From an uncultured Actinomycetota bacterium (GTDB taxonomy: Bacteria; Actinomycetota; Thermoleophilia; Gaiellales; F1-60-MAGs149), in NCBI GenBank assembly GCA_963767885.1, contig CAVYFW010000023.1, positions 74,231-138,230 on the forward strand: a DNA stretch of 64,000 nucleotides, read 5' to 3'. The stretch's first letter is position 1. The number at the start of each line of letters is the position of its first letter. Positions 33,302 through 43,805 of the stretch are shown here, piece by piece. The position numbers and the translations under genes are program-made. The notes beneath the pieces were generated by a model. It made no database searches. It was not told the DNA's origin and was given only the letters and a program-made list of their open reading frames with translations.

Positions 33302-34666
33302 ATGGCCGAGGACCGAGACGTCGTCATCGTCGGCGCCGGCATCGCCGGGCTCGTCGCCGCGCACCGCCTGCAGGACCGTGCACCGCTGGTGCTGGAGGCC
33401 GGCGATCGCGTCGGCGGGCGCATGTGGTCGCAGCGGCGCGGCGACCTGGCGCTCAGCGTCGGCGCGCACATGTTCCCGCCGCCGGACTCCGTGATCGGAG
33501 GCCTCGTCGCCGAGCACGGGCTCGAGGTCATGCCGATCACGGGCTCCATGCTGAACATCCACTACGGCGGGCGGCTGGTGCGGGACACACGGCCGGAGCT
33601 CATGCCCTTCCGCCTGCCGATGTCGCTGCGCGGTCGCATCTCGTTCGCGCGCGCCGGGCTGAAGGTCAAGCGCGACGGCGACCGCTACATGAAGCTCATC
33701 CAGCACCGGCCGGGCGACACCGAGGCCGCGATCCGCATGCGCGGGCTGCAGCACGGCGGCGACCGGACGTTCGCCGAGTTCCTCGGGCCGCTGCACCCGG
33801 AGGCCGACGCGATCTTCCGCGCCCTCGCCAACCGCTCGATCGCCGAGCCGGAGGAGATCTCGCAGGGCGCCATGGCGGCGCTGTTCGGCCACGTCTGGGA
33901 CAGCGGCGACCTCGGGCGCAACATGCGCGGCGGCTCGGGCCAGCTGCCGGAGGCGCTCGGCGAGTCGCTGGGCGACGTGATCCGCCTGCGCTGTGGGGTC
34001 GAGAGCGTGCAATTGGACGGATCCGGCGTGCGCGTCCGCTACGCCGGCGAGGGCGGAAGCGGCGAGGTGCGCGCCCGCACCGCGATCGTCGCCGCGCCCG
34101 GTCCGCTGGTGCCGGGGCTGCTCGGCGACATCCCGTCCGACGTCGCGTCTGCCCTCGCCCTGATCCGCATGGGCCCGATGGTCGTCGTCAGCCTGCTGAC
34201 CGACGAGACCGAGCCCATGCCGTGGGATGGCCTCTACTCGGTGCTGACGCCGGACAAGCGCTTCAACATGATCTTCAACCACGCCGACTTCGCCCACGGC
34301 GCCGGGCTGCCGCGCACGGGCAGCGTGCTCATGGTCTACGGCGGGGGCGACCGCGGGCGCGCCTACCTGGAGCGCACGGACGACGAGCTGCGCGACGACT
34401 TCCTGGCCGACCTCTACACCGTCTTCCCACAGGTGCGCGGCCGCATCGTCGAGACGATGGTCAAGCGCTGGCAGTACGCCGGGCCGTTCGCGGCGCCCGG
34501 TCGCTGGCGGGCGCAGGCGACCCTGGAGCGCGGCATCGACGACCGCATCTTCTTCGCCGGCGACTGGGTCAGCGACTTCGTCTCGATGGAGACCGCCGCG
34601 CTGACGGCCGTGGACGCCGCGGCGAACGTGCGGCGCGTGCTGGGCGAGGTCGGCGCGCCCGTATGA
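33302..34666 (+). CDS. FAD-dependent amine oxidase / protoporphyrinogen-oxidase-like oxidoreductase
   Basis: 454 aa. Dinucleotide fold [18 protein letters not shown]...GGR, C-terminal FFAGDW. Confidence 0.8.
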   Translation: MAEDRDVVIVGAGIAGLVAAHRLQDRAPLVLEAGDRVGGRMWSQRRGDLALSVGAHMFPPPDSVIGGLVAEHGLEVMPITGSMLNIHYGGRLVRDTRPELMPFRLPMSLRGRISFARAGLKVKRDGDRYMKLIQHRPGDTEAAIRMRGLQHGGDRTFAEFLGPLHPEADAIFRALANRSIAEPEEISQGAMAALFGHVWDSGDLGRNMRGGSGQLPEALGESLGDVIRLRCGVESVQLDGSGVRVRYAGEGGSGEVRARTAIVAAPGPLVPGLLGDIPSDVASALALIRMGPMVVVSLLTDETEPMPWDGLYSVLTPDKRFNMIFNHADFAHGAGLPRTGSVLMVYGGGDRGRAYLERTDDELRDDFLADLYTVFPQVRGRIVETMVKRWQYAGPFAAPGRWRAQATLERGIDDRIFFAGDWVSDFVSMETAALTAVDAAANVRRVLGEVGAPV

Positions 34667-34729
34667 GCCTCGGTCGGCGGTACGCCTCGGCGAACGGCGG
34701 GCCTGCCAGGTAGACGCGCTGCACCGGCC

Positions 34730-34735
34730 TAGAAT
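34730..34735 (+). promoter_or_regulatory. -10 box TAGAAT 7 nt upstream of the queF GTG (leaderless-type)
   Basis: Near-consensus TANNNT hexamer, no SD before GTG 34743. Confidence 0.45.
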
Positions 34736-34742
34736 ACGGCCC

Positions 34743-35123
34743 GTGACCGGCACCCGCTCGACCCAGTTCGTGGCCCTCGGCCAGCCCGGATCGGAGGCCT
34801 ACGCGGGCCTCGAGACGTTCCCCAACCCCGGCGTCCGCCGCGTGGAGATGACGAGCGACGAGCTCGCGGCCGTCTGCCCCATCACGGGCCAGCCGGACCT
34901 GTACGTCGCCACCATCGACTACGCGCCCCGCGAGCGCTGCATCGAGTCGAAGTCGCTGAAGCTCTACCTGATGCAGTTCCGCAACCAGGGCGAGTTCTGC
35001 GAGGCGCTCGCGGTGCGCATCCGCGACGACGTCGCCGAGGCGCTCGCGCTGCCGGTCGAGGACGTCCAGGTGACGCTGCGCCAGAAGCCGCGCGGCGGCA
35101 TCACCATCACGGCGTCCGTGTGA
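34743..35123 (+). CDS. queF: NADPH-dependent 7-cyano-7-deazaguanine (preQ0) reductase
   Basis: 126 aa. Catalytic Cys in [11 protein letters not shown] and the QueF motif ESKSLKLYL. Confidence 0.9.
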   Translation: MTGTRSTQFVALGQPGSEAYAGLETFPNPGVRRVEMTSDELAAVCPITGQPDLYVATIDYAPRERCIESKSLKLYLMQFRNQGEFCEALAVRIRDDVAEALALPVEDVQVTLRQKPRGGITITASV

Positions 35124-35430
35124 TCGGGTCCTCCGGAGGGACGGTTGTGGCTCGCGCCGCGGCGGTGATGGCCGCGGATCGACGGTCGACGGCGCGTCGC
35201 TCGAGCGGCCAACGCGCTCACTGGCGCTCGCTCAACTGCGGTCCCTCCTTCGTCTAAGACCGCTCCGCAGCACACAACTGCCGTGCTGCTGCGCTCTCGC
35301 CGGCTGCCAGCAGTCGCTCCGCTCCTACCGACGAGGGCTCCGCTCCTCCGTCGCTCCGCGCGGAGCCGGCTCACAGGAACTCCTGGCCGCACGGTCGGCG
35401 CCTTCGATTCGCCGGTGGCGGACGCTTGGC

Positions 35431-35436
35431 TACGAT
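35431..35436 (+). promoter_or_regulatory. -10-like box TACGAT just upstream of the deoB GTG GTG start (leaderless-type)
   Basis: TANNNT hexamer 3 nt before GTG 35440 and 6 nt before GTG 35443. Confidence 0.35.
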
Positions 35437-35439
35437 CAC

Positions 35440-36622
35440 GTGGTGCCGCGAGCGTGTGTCATCGTCCTCGACGCCGTCGGGGTCGGCGAGCTGCCGGACG
35501 CCGCGGCCTACGGCGACGCCGGGTCGTCGACGTTGGCCCACGTGGCCGAGGCGGTCGGCGGGCTCGAGCTGCCGCACCTGCAGGAGCTCGGGCTCGGCAA
35601 CATCATGCCGCTGCTGGGCTGCCCGCCCGCGGACGCGCCGCCGTCGATGGTCGGGCGCCTGACGACCCGCTCGGCCGGCAAGGACACCACCATCGGCCAC
35701 TGGGAGCTGATGGGCATCGTCACGCCGGAGCCCATGCCGACGTATCCCGACGGCTTCCCGCCCGACGTGGTCGACGCGTTCGCGGAGGCCACGGGGCGCG
35801 GCGTGATCGGCAACGTGCCGGCCTCGGGCACCGAGATCATCCAGCGGCTCGGCGACGAGCACGTGCGGACGGGCAAGTGGATCCTCTACACGTCGGCCGA
35901 CTCCGTCTTCCAGATCGCCGCGCACGAGGACGTCGTGCCGCTCGACGAGCTCTACGCCGCCTGCCGCATCGCGCGCGCGCAGCTGCACCGGGCCACACGC
36001 CGTCGGGCGCGTCATCGCGCGGCCCTTCACCGGCACGAGCGGCGCCTACGCGCGGACCGCCAACCGCCACGACTTCTCGCTCGCGCCGCCGCGGCCGAAC
36101 CACCTCGCGCGGCTCCGCGCGGCCGGCCACCAGGTGCACGGGGTGGGCAAGATCTCGGACGTGTTCGCCGGCCAGGACGTCGACACGTCGACGCCGACCT
36201 CGTCGAACGCCGAGGGCATCGCGCAGATCCTGCGCCTGCTCGGGGAGGTCGACGACGGGCTGATCTTCGCCAACCTCGTCGAGACCGACATGATCTACGG
36301 GCACCGCAACGACCCCGTCGGCTTCCACGGCAGCCTGCGCGAGTTCGATCGCGCCGTGCCCGACCTGCGGGCCGCCCTGCGACCCGACGACCTGCTGGTG
36401 CTGTGCTCCGACCACGGGTGCGACCCGACGACGCCGTCGACCGACCACTCGCGCGAGTACGCGCTGCTGGTGGCGCACACGCCCGGCGGGGTCGCACACC
36501 CGGGCGGCCGCCACGACGGCGACCTGGCGGACGTCGGCGCGACCGTCCGCACCTGGCTCGGCGACCGCGGCGCGGCGGCCGACGGCGAGGTCCCCGGCGC
36601 GCCGATCCCGCTCGAGGGCTGA
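35440..36622 (+). pseudogene. deoB: Phosphopentomutase, frame interrupted once
   Basis: [15 protein letters not shown]...[13 protein letters not shown]... then +1 shift (~35985) into ...GRVIARPF...[11 protein letters not shown]...DMIYGHRND...CSDHGCDPT. Confidence 0.8.
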
Positions 36623-36623
36623 C

Positions 36624-37933
<1,310 letters not shown>

Positions 37934-37969
37934 GGCCCCGGCGGCCGGGGCTGCTGGTACGGTCAGACG

Positions 37970-39325
37970 GTGGGATCCCGCCGCTGGCTGCTCGCGGTCG
38001 GCCTCGCGGCGCTGCTCGCGGGCTGCGGCGACTCCGGCGGCGGCGAGACGTCCGAGGAGCCCGAGCCCGCGCCGGACGCCGCAGTCGAGACGGACACCGA
38101 CGCGACGCCCGAGGACAGCGCGGAGGCCGCGCCGTCCACGAGCGCCGAGGCCCCGCCGGCCGCGCCCGGAACGTTCAATTGGACGCTCGTCGACACGGCG
38201 CCGCTCTACGCCGACGACAGCCACGCGCTCGGCGCCGCGTCGAACGGCGACGAGGTCCTCGGGGTCGGCTACCGCACGGGCGGGGGCGCGGAGGAGATCT
38301 CCCTCGCCTGGCGCACCCGCGACGGCCGGACGTGGGAGCGCAGCGAGCTCCCGCAGCCCGCCGGCGCCGGGCTCGGCGGCACGAACGCGCTCGCCGCCGC
38401 GGCGTGGTCGGGCGGCTGGGTGGTCGCCGGCGTGCTGCGGGGCGACGACCCGACGCTCGCGGTGTGGGTCTCGCCGGACGGCGAGACGTGGGCGGCCGTC
38501 GAGTCGCCGGCGTTCGCGGCTCCGGAGGGCCGGCTGGGCGGCGTCACGCCAAGTGGCGTCGCCGCGTCCGCCGACGCCATCGTCGTCGGCGGCAGCGCGG
38601 AGACCATCGACGACGGCGCGGCCGTCTGGCGCTCGACCGACGGGCGCGCCTGGGAGCGCGTGGACGACGACGACCTCCGCGTCACCTTCATGCGCGACGT
38701 CGCGTCGGACGGCGCGGGCTTCGTCGGCGTCGGCACCGCGATCCGGCCGGACCTGCGCAACGAGGGGGTCGTCTGGCGGTCGGAGGACGGCACGGACTGG
38801 CGCCGCGTCGCGTCGCCGGCGCTCGGCGCGGGCGGCGAGGACGTGTCGCTGGAGGCCGTGGCGTACGGCGACGGGCGCTGGTGGATCGCCGGACACCAGC
38901 TCATCGGCGACCCGGCCGACGCGTCGTCGCAGAGGGCCGCGCTGGCGATGTGGTCGTCGGCCGACGGCGAGACGTGGGAGCGCGAGCCGCAGGACGCCAT
39001 GCCGTACGACCTCGACGTGGAGGTCGACGACGTCGCAGCGCTGCCGGGCGGCGCGGTGGTCGTGATCGGCACGTCCACCGACCCCTCGCTGCCGCACCCG
39101 GCGGCCGTGAGCTGGACGCGTGCGGCGGACGGCACCTGGCGGCAGCAGTCGGGCGGCGCGCTCCAGGGGAACGGCAGCGTCACCGGCAACGGCGTCGCCG
39201 CGCTGGGCGACGTCCCCGTCGCGCTCGGGACGACCGTGATCCTGGACGAGCCCGGCGAGGAGGACGACGGCGGAGTGCTGAACTACGACGCCGTCGCGTT
39301 CGTGGGCAGCCCGCTCACCCGTTGA
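37970..39325 (+). CDS. Lipoprotein with six BNR/Asp-box repeats (six-bladed beta-propeller-like)
   Basis: Lipobox LLAGC. Repeats WRTRDGRTWE, WVSPDGETWA, WRSTDGRAWE, WRSEDGTDWR, WSSADGETWE, WTRAADGTWR. Confidence 0.75.
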   Translation: MGSRRWLLAVGLAALLAGCGDSGGGETSEEPEPAPDAAVETDTDATPEDSAEAAPSTSAEAPPAAPGTFNWTLVDTAPLYADDSHALGAASNGDEVLGVGYRTGGGAEEISLAWRTRDGRTWERSELPQPAGAGLGGTNALAAAAWSGGWVVAGVLRGDDPTLAVWVSPDGETWAAVESPAFAAPEGRLGGVTPSGVAASADAIVVGGSAETIDDGAAVWRSTDGRAWERVDDDDLRVTFMRDVASDGAGFVGVGTAIRPDLRNEGVVWRSEDGTDWRRVASPALGAGGEDVSLEAVAYGDGRWWIAGHQLIGDPADASSQRAALAMWSSADGETWEREPQDAMPYDLDVEVDDVAALPGGAVVVIGTSTDPSLPHPAAVSWTRAADGTWRQQSGGALQGNGSVTGNGVAALGDVPVALGTTVILDEPGEEDDGGVLNYDAVAFVGSPLTR

Positions 39326-39380
39326 CGCACGTTGCTGGTTCTTCACGCTGGACGGTGATCCCGTTCGCTCCCCGGGTGCC

Positions 39381-41729
39381 ATGCTCAGAGCGGTGCGCGC
39401 GATCCGCTTCGTCCCCGCCGACGGCACGCGCAGCCGACCGGTGGTCGGGCGGCTGCTCGGCTGGCTCGCGGCGCATCCGCTGGCGGCGGCGGCCCTGCCG
39501 GTGGGCGCCATCGCGGTGCTCGCGGCAGCCGCGGCGCTCGGCGCGGGCGCGCAGAGCACGCTCCTGCCGCTCCTCGGCGTCCCGCTGCTCCTGGCGACGA
39601 CCTTCCTCGCCTGGCCGGCGTGGCTGCCGTCGCTGGTGGCCTACGTCGTCGCCGCGGCGGCGGTGCTGGCGACGGACACCGCGGCGGCGGGCCAGCAGGT
39701 CGCCGCGCTCGTGGTCTGGGTGGCGGTCTCGCTGCTCGCGGCAGCCGGCGCCGCCCACATCGCGCGGGTGGCGCTGACCGCGCGGCTCGGCGCGGCGATC
39801 GCGGCGGCGCCGGACTCGGCGGCGGTCGAGGCCGCGCTGGCAGAGCTCGTCGACGGCGACGTCGTGTCGGCCGCGCTCGCGGTCGCCGACGACGTCCCGC
39901 CGGCGCTGGCCGAGATCGTGGCCGACGTCGGCGCGGCCGCCACGTGGACGGGCGTGACGATGCGGGTCGCGCCGGCGGACTCGTTCGCCCGCGCGCTCGT
40001 CGGCGGCCCGCTGGCGTTCGAGCCCGAGCCCGCGTCGGACGACGTCGGGCGCCGGACGTCGGCGGAGCGCGGGTACGGGTCGACGGCGGTGCTGCCCATC
40101 GGCGGGCGGGGCGTCCCGGCGCTGCTGGTGCTGGTGTCCCGGCGTTCGCACGCGTTCGGCGAGCGGCGCCTGCGTGCCCTGCGCCGGCGCTACGCCCCGC
40201 TGGCCGACGCCGTCGCCGCCCACCTGCTGCGGCGCGAGCACGAGCGGCGCCTGCTGGCCGCCGAGCGCGGGCGCGAGCTGTCCCGCGCGCTCGCGGCGGC
40301 GCCCGACGTCGAGGGCGTGCTGACGGCGGCGGCGCGCGGCGTGCAGGTGCTGACCGCCGCGGACGGGGTCGATGTCGCGGTCCGCGACGCCGAGCATCCG
40401 GAGCTGCTGTCCTGCCGCGCCACGGCCGGCGCGAGCGGCGGCCGCTACACGATCGACACGACGCACGAGCCGAGCGCGCTGCACGCGGCCATGGTGCGCG
40501 GCGAGCCGATGTGGATCCCCGACCGCCCGCGCTCGCGCATCGGCCACCCGGCGCCCGGCGACGTGGAGAGCGCGCTCTACGTGCCGCTGAGCGTCGGCGA
40601 CGAGGTCCGCGGCGGCTTCGCGGTCCTGTTCACGTCGCCGCGGATCATGCCGCCGGACGAGCTCGACCTGATCGCATCGGTGGCGGCGGAGATCGGGACG
40701 GCCTGGCAGCGCGCGGAGGCCGAGGAGCGGCTGCGCGACCAGGCCTCACGCGACGGCCTGACCGGTCTCCTCAACCACGCCGCGTTCCACGATCGCCTGG
40801 CCGCCGTGACGCGCGGCACGGCGCGCGGCGGCCGGCCGGTGGCGCTCGTCGTGGCCGACCTCGACCACCTCAAGCACCTCAACGACACGTACGGCCACCG
40901 CGTCGGCGACGAGGCGCTGCGTGCGGTGGCGCGGGCGCTCGGCGGCGCGGCGCGGACGGGCGACGCGATCGGGCGCGTGGGCGGCGACGAGTTCGCGTGG
41001 CTGCTGGCGGCGGCGAGCCCCGACGACGCGCTGGCCGCCGCGGGTCGCGTGGTCGAGGCGGTCGGCAGCGTCATCGTCGATCCGGCCGGCGCCATCTCGC
41101 TGTCGGCCGGCGTCGCCGTCGCCATCACGCCGACCGACCCGGATCGGCTCCTGGAGCGCGCGGACCAGGCCCTCAACGACGCGAAGGCGAGCGGCCGCGG
41201 CGTCGCGTCGCTGGCGCGGGAGGGCGAGGCGCTGCGGCTGCCCGGCGGCGAGCTGGTGCTGCCGGAGCCGCCGGGCGAGGGGTTCGCGAGCGCGGAGGAG
41301 GCGGCGCGCTGGCTCTCGCGCGAGTGGGTCGGGCTGTTCCGGGCGACGGCGGCCGCGGTGCTGCTGCTGGAGCCGGGCGGCGACGCGCTGCGGGTGGTGG
41401 CGTTCCACGAGCGCGGCCGCGACGACTGGCCGCTGTCCGACGAGCGCTACGTGCTCGCGGACTACCCGGCCACCACGCGGGCGCTGGAGACCGGCGAGGT
41501 GTACGCCTGCCGGGACGACGACCCGACGGCCGACCCGGCAGAGGTGCGCGAAGCACGACGGGACGGCTTCCGATCGCTCATGATCGTGCCCGTGCGCGCA
41601 GGCTCCCGTCCGCTCGGCTGCATCGAGGTCTTCGACGCCCGACCCCGCACGTTCGCGGCCGACGAGCGCCGCCTCGCCGTCGGCCTCGGACGCCACGCGG
41701 CGCTGCTGGTGGAGGGGCTCGCGCGTTGA
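39381..41729 (+). CDS. Membrane-anchored GAF-GGDEF-GAF diguanylate cyclase
   Basis: 782 aa. N-terminal TM helices, GGDEF domain (DGLTGLLNHAAF...RVGGDEFAWLL), flanking GAF-like regions. Confidence 0.8.
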   Translation: MLRAVRAIRFVPADGTRSRPVVGRLLGWLAAHPLAAAALPVGAIAVLAAAAALGAGAQSTLLPLLGVPLLLATTFLAWPAWLPSLVAYVVAAAAVLATDTAAAGQQVAALVVWVAVSLLAAAGAAHIARVALTARLGAAIAAAPDSAAVEAALAELVDGDVVSAALAVADDVPPALAEIVADVGAAATWTGVTMRVAPADSFARALVGGPLAFEPEPASDDVGRRTSAERGYGSTAVLPIGGRGVPALLVLVSRRSHAFGERRLRALRRRYAPLADAVAAHLLRREHERRLLAAERGRELSRALAAAPDVEGVLTAAARGVQVLTAADGVDVAVRDAEHPELLSCRATAGASGGRYTIDTTHEPSALHAAMVRGEPMWIPDRPRSRIGHPAPGDVESALYVPLSVGDEVRGGFAVLFTSPRIMPPDELDLIASVAAEIGTAWQRAEAEERLRDQASRDGLTGLLNHAAFHDRLAAVTRGTARGGRPVALVVADLDHLKHLNDTYGHRVGDEALRAVARALGGAARTGDAIGRVGGDEFAWLLAAASPDDALAAAGRVVEAVGSVIVDPAGAISLSAGVAVAITPTDPDRLLERADQALNDAKASGRGVASLAREGEALRLPGGELVLPEPPGEGFASAEEAARWLSREWVGLFRATAAAVLLLEPGGDALRVVAFHERGRDDWPLSDERYVLADYPATTRALETGEVYACRDDDPTADPAEVREARRDGFRSLMIVPVRAGSRPLGCIEVFDARPRTFAADERRLAVGLGRHAALLVEGLAR

Positions 41730-42146
41730 GCGTGCAGCCCGCGCCGGCCTCCGAGCGAGGGCACTGGCTCGTGGCGTTCCTCGTGCGCGCGGCGCTCAAC
41801 GTGGCCGCGATCTGGGCGGCCGACGAGCTGCTCAGCGGCGTGCAATCGAACGGCGAGCTGTCGACCTACGTGATCGCGGGCCTCGCGCTCGCCGCCATCA
41901 ACTCGCTGGTGCGGCCGGTCGTGGTGTTCCTGGCGATCCCGCTGATCGTGATCACGCTCGGCATCGCGTACCTGCTGGTCAGCGTGCTGATGATCGGCAT
42001 CGTCTCGTGGCTCGTGCCCGACTTCTCGGTCGACGGCTTCTGGAGCGCGGCCGGCGCGGCGATCATCGTGTTCCTCGTCAACTGGGGCTTCTCGGCCGTC
42101 CTGGGCCTGGACGCACGGCCGGCGCCGCGAGCAGGGCGCCCGCTAG
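41726..42146 (+). pseudogene. DUF360 / phage-holin-4_2-type small membrane protein; the 3' end needs a +1 shift
   Basis: ...NVAAIWAADELL...INSLVRPVVVFLAIPLIVITLGIAYLL... The in-frame ORF runs to 42430, antisense to the next gene, with falling GC3. Frame +1 from ~42100 has 100% GC3 and stops at TAG 42144-42146. Confidence 0.6.
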
Positions 42147-42149
42147 CGG

Positions 42150-43556
42150 TCAGCCGCAGCCCGGTCCGGCGAGGCGCGCGATCGGCTGCGGCAGGCGCGT
42201 GCCGGCGCCGACCCGCGGTCGGGTCGCGCTCGCCGTGCGCAGGCGCGCGATCGCGGTCCGCACGGCCACCCGCGGGCCGGTCAGGACGGCGACGACGCGC
42301 CCGGTCGGCACCTGCGTCCAGCCGCCGAAGCGGTAGGCGTCGACGCCGCGCACGCGGAAGCGCACGGCGTGCCGGGTGCGCGGACGGGCGCAGCCGAGGC
42401 GGGGTCGCCGGGGGTAGATCGCGATGGTGAGGCCCCGCGGGCACGTCGCGCGGTCGATCGAGCAGTCGTAGACGAAGGTGAGGGCCTGCGCGGTGCGGGT
42501 GACGCCGGTGAGCGCGTAGCCGGGCATCCGCGCGCCGGGCCAGAGCAGCGGGAACGCGCGGAACGCCCGCACGCCGGCGAGGGACAGCGCGCTGCTCGAG
42601 GCGTCGAAGCTCGGGCCCTCGCGGAGGCTCGCGGGGCCGACGCCGGCGGTGCAATTGGACGGTCCGGGCACGCTGCCGGGGCGCCAGGCGGGGCCGAGCT
42701 CGGACACGAGCGAGCGCGTGATCTGCGTCGGGCACGAGCCGTCGCGCCCGAGCGTCACCAGCTCGACCTGGTCGCGCCGCACGTCGAGGCGCTCGACGAC
42801 CAGCCGCGTCCCGTCCGCCGACCATGACGGCGCGCCCTGCACCAGCCGGCCGCTCGTGATGGGATGGAGGTCGTTGCCGTCCGCGGTGACGAGCATGACG
42901 GTGCCCTGCAGGCCGTTGGCGTGGGCGAACGCGATGGTGCCGCCGTCGGGCGAGACGGCGGGGTCGCCGTCGGCGCCGGATGCGGTCAGGCGGCGCTGTC
43001 CGGATCCGTCCAATTGCACCGTCGCGACGTTCGTCGGCCCGGGCAGGGCGTCCCTGCCGACCTCGAACTCGGTGAAGGCGAGGCGGTCGCCCGTGGGAAA
43101 CCAGCTCGGGGCGAGCGCGAAGTGCTGGTGCGGCACGGGCTGAAGGCCGGAGCCGTCCGGCGCGACGAGCCACAGCCGCGGCTCGAACCGCTCCGGGCCG
43201 CCCGTCGTGACGCGGACGACGGCGAGGCGCTGCCCGTCGGGCGACCACGCCGGCTGGCTGGCGCCGCGCAGCACGCGGTGGCGCCCGCTGCCGGCGGCGT
43301 TCGCGATCCAGAGCCAGCCGCCCTGCTCGTACGCGAGCCGCTGCCCGTCCGGCGACCACGCGGGATCGCGGGCGGATGCGTAGCTCGCCACCACGGGCGG
43401 CACGATCGTGCGCAGCGCCCGCCCGCTGCCGTCGACGAGGTCGATGCCGCCCGCGCGCGCGACCGCGATCTCGCCGCCGGCCGCAGCGGCGGACGCGGGG
43501 GCGAGCAGCGACGCGAGCACGGCCATGCCGAGCACGACGGCCAGGGGGCGACCCAC
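42150..43556 (-). CDS. Secreted TolB-like beta-propeller protein with C-terminal domain of unknown function
   Basis: GTG 43556 gives signal peptide VGRPLAVVLGMAVLASLLAPASAAAAG. PD40-type repeats PAWSPDGQRLA (x2), PAVSPDGGTIAF, PSWSADGTRLV. Confidence 0.75.
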   Translation of the reverse strand: MGRPLAVVLGMAVLASLLAPASAAAAGGEIAVARAGGIDLVDGSGRALRTIVPPVVASYASARDPAWSPDGQRLAYEQGGWLWIANAAGSGRHRVLRGASQPAWSPDGQRLAVVRVTTGGPERFEPRLWLVAPDGSGLQPVPHQHFALAPSWFPTGDRLAFTEFEVGRDALPGPTNVATVQLDGSGQRRLTASGADGDPAVSPDGGTIAFAHANGLQGTVMLVTADGNDLHPITSGRLVQGAPSWSADGTRLVVERLDVRRDQVELVTLGRDGSCPTQITRSLVSELGPAWRPGSVPGPSNCTAGVGPASLREGPSFDASSSALSLAGVRAFRAFPLLWPGARMPGYALTGVTRTAQALTFVYDCSIDRATCPRGLTIAIYPRRPRLGCARPRTRHAVRFRVRGVDAYRFGGWTQVPTGRVVAVLTGPRVAVRTAIARLRTASATRPRVGAGTRLPQPIARLAGPGCG

Positions 43557-43630
43557 GCCCGGGATGCTACGGCAGGGTGGCCCGCGGGACGCCCGGGGCG
43601 CCTGGGCGACGCGACGCCGAACGCCGTCCC

Positions 43631-43644
43631 TGCAATCGCCTGCA
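43631..43644. promoter_or_regulatory. LacI-family-type operator TGCAATCGCCTGCA
   Basis: Fits TGNAANCGNTTNCA with one mismatch. Lies in the divergent spacer upstream of the ABC-transporter operon. Confidence 0.5.
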
Positions 43645-43706
43645 TGCAAAAGCGACGTGAAAAGGCCGAATCTTGCCGTTCGGGCCGCGCTATCCCCGAG
43701 ATGCGA

Positions 43707-43720
43707 CGCAATCGCTTGCA
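43707..43720. promoter_or_regulatory. LacI-family-type operator CGCAATCGCTTGCA
   Basis: Fits TGNAANCGNTTNCA with one mismatch, 86 nt upstream of ATG 43806. Confidence 0.5.
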
Positions 43721-43805
43721 TTTGCCTGGACCGGTCGGCAAGCTACGCCGCACACGGCGCGGCGACGCCGCCGAGCCGACGCTCCGAAGGAGGAGGGAGA
43801 CGCGC

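Noticed and set aside
34667-34742. Looked for a preQ1 riboswitch upstream of queF.
   Set aside because: Only 76 nt separate the upstream stop from the queF GTG. A TAGAAT box sits 7 nt before the start, so no leader is left, and I saw nothing resembling the preQ1 aptamer core.
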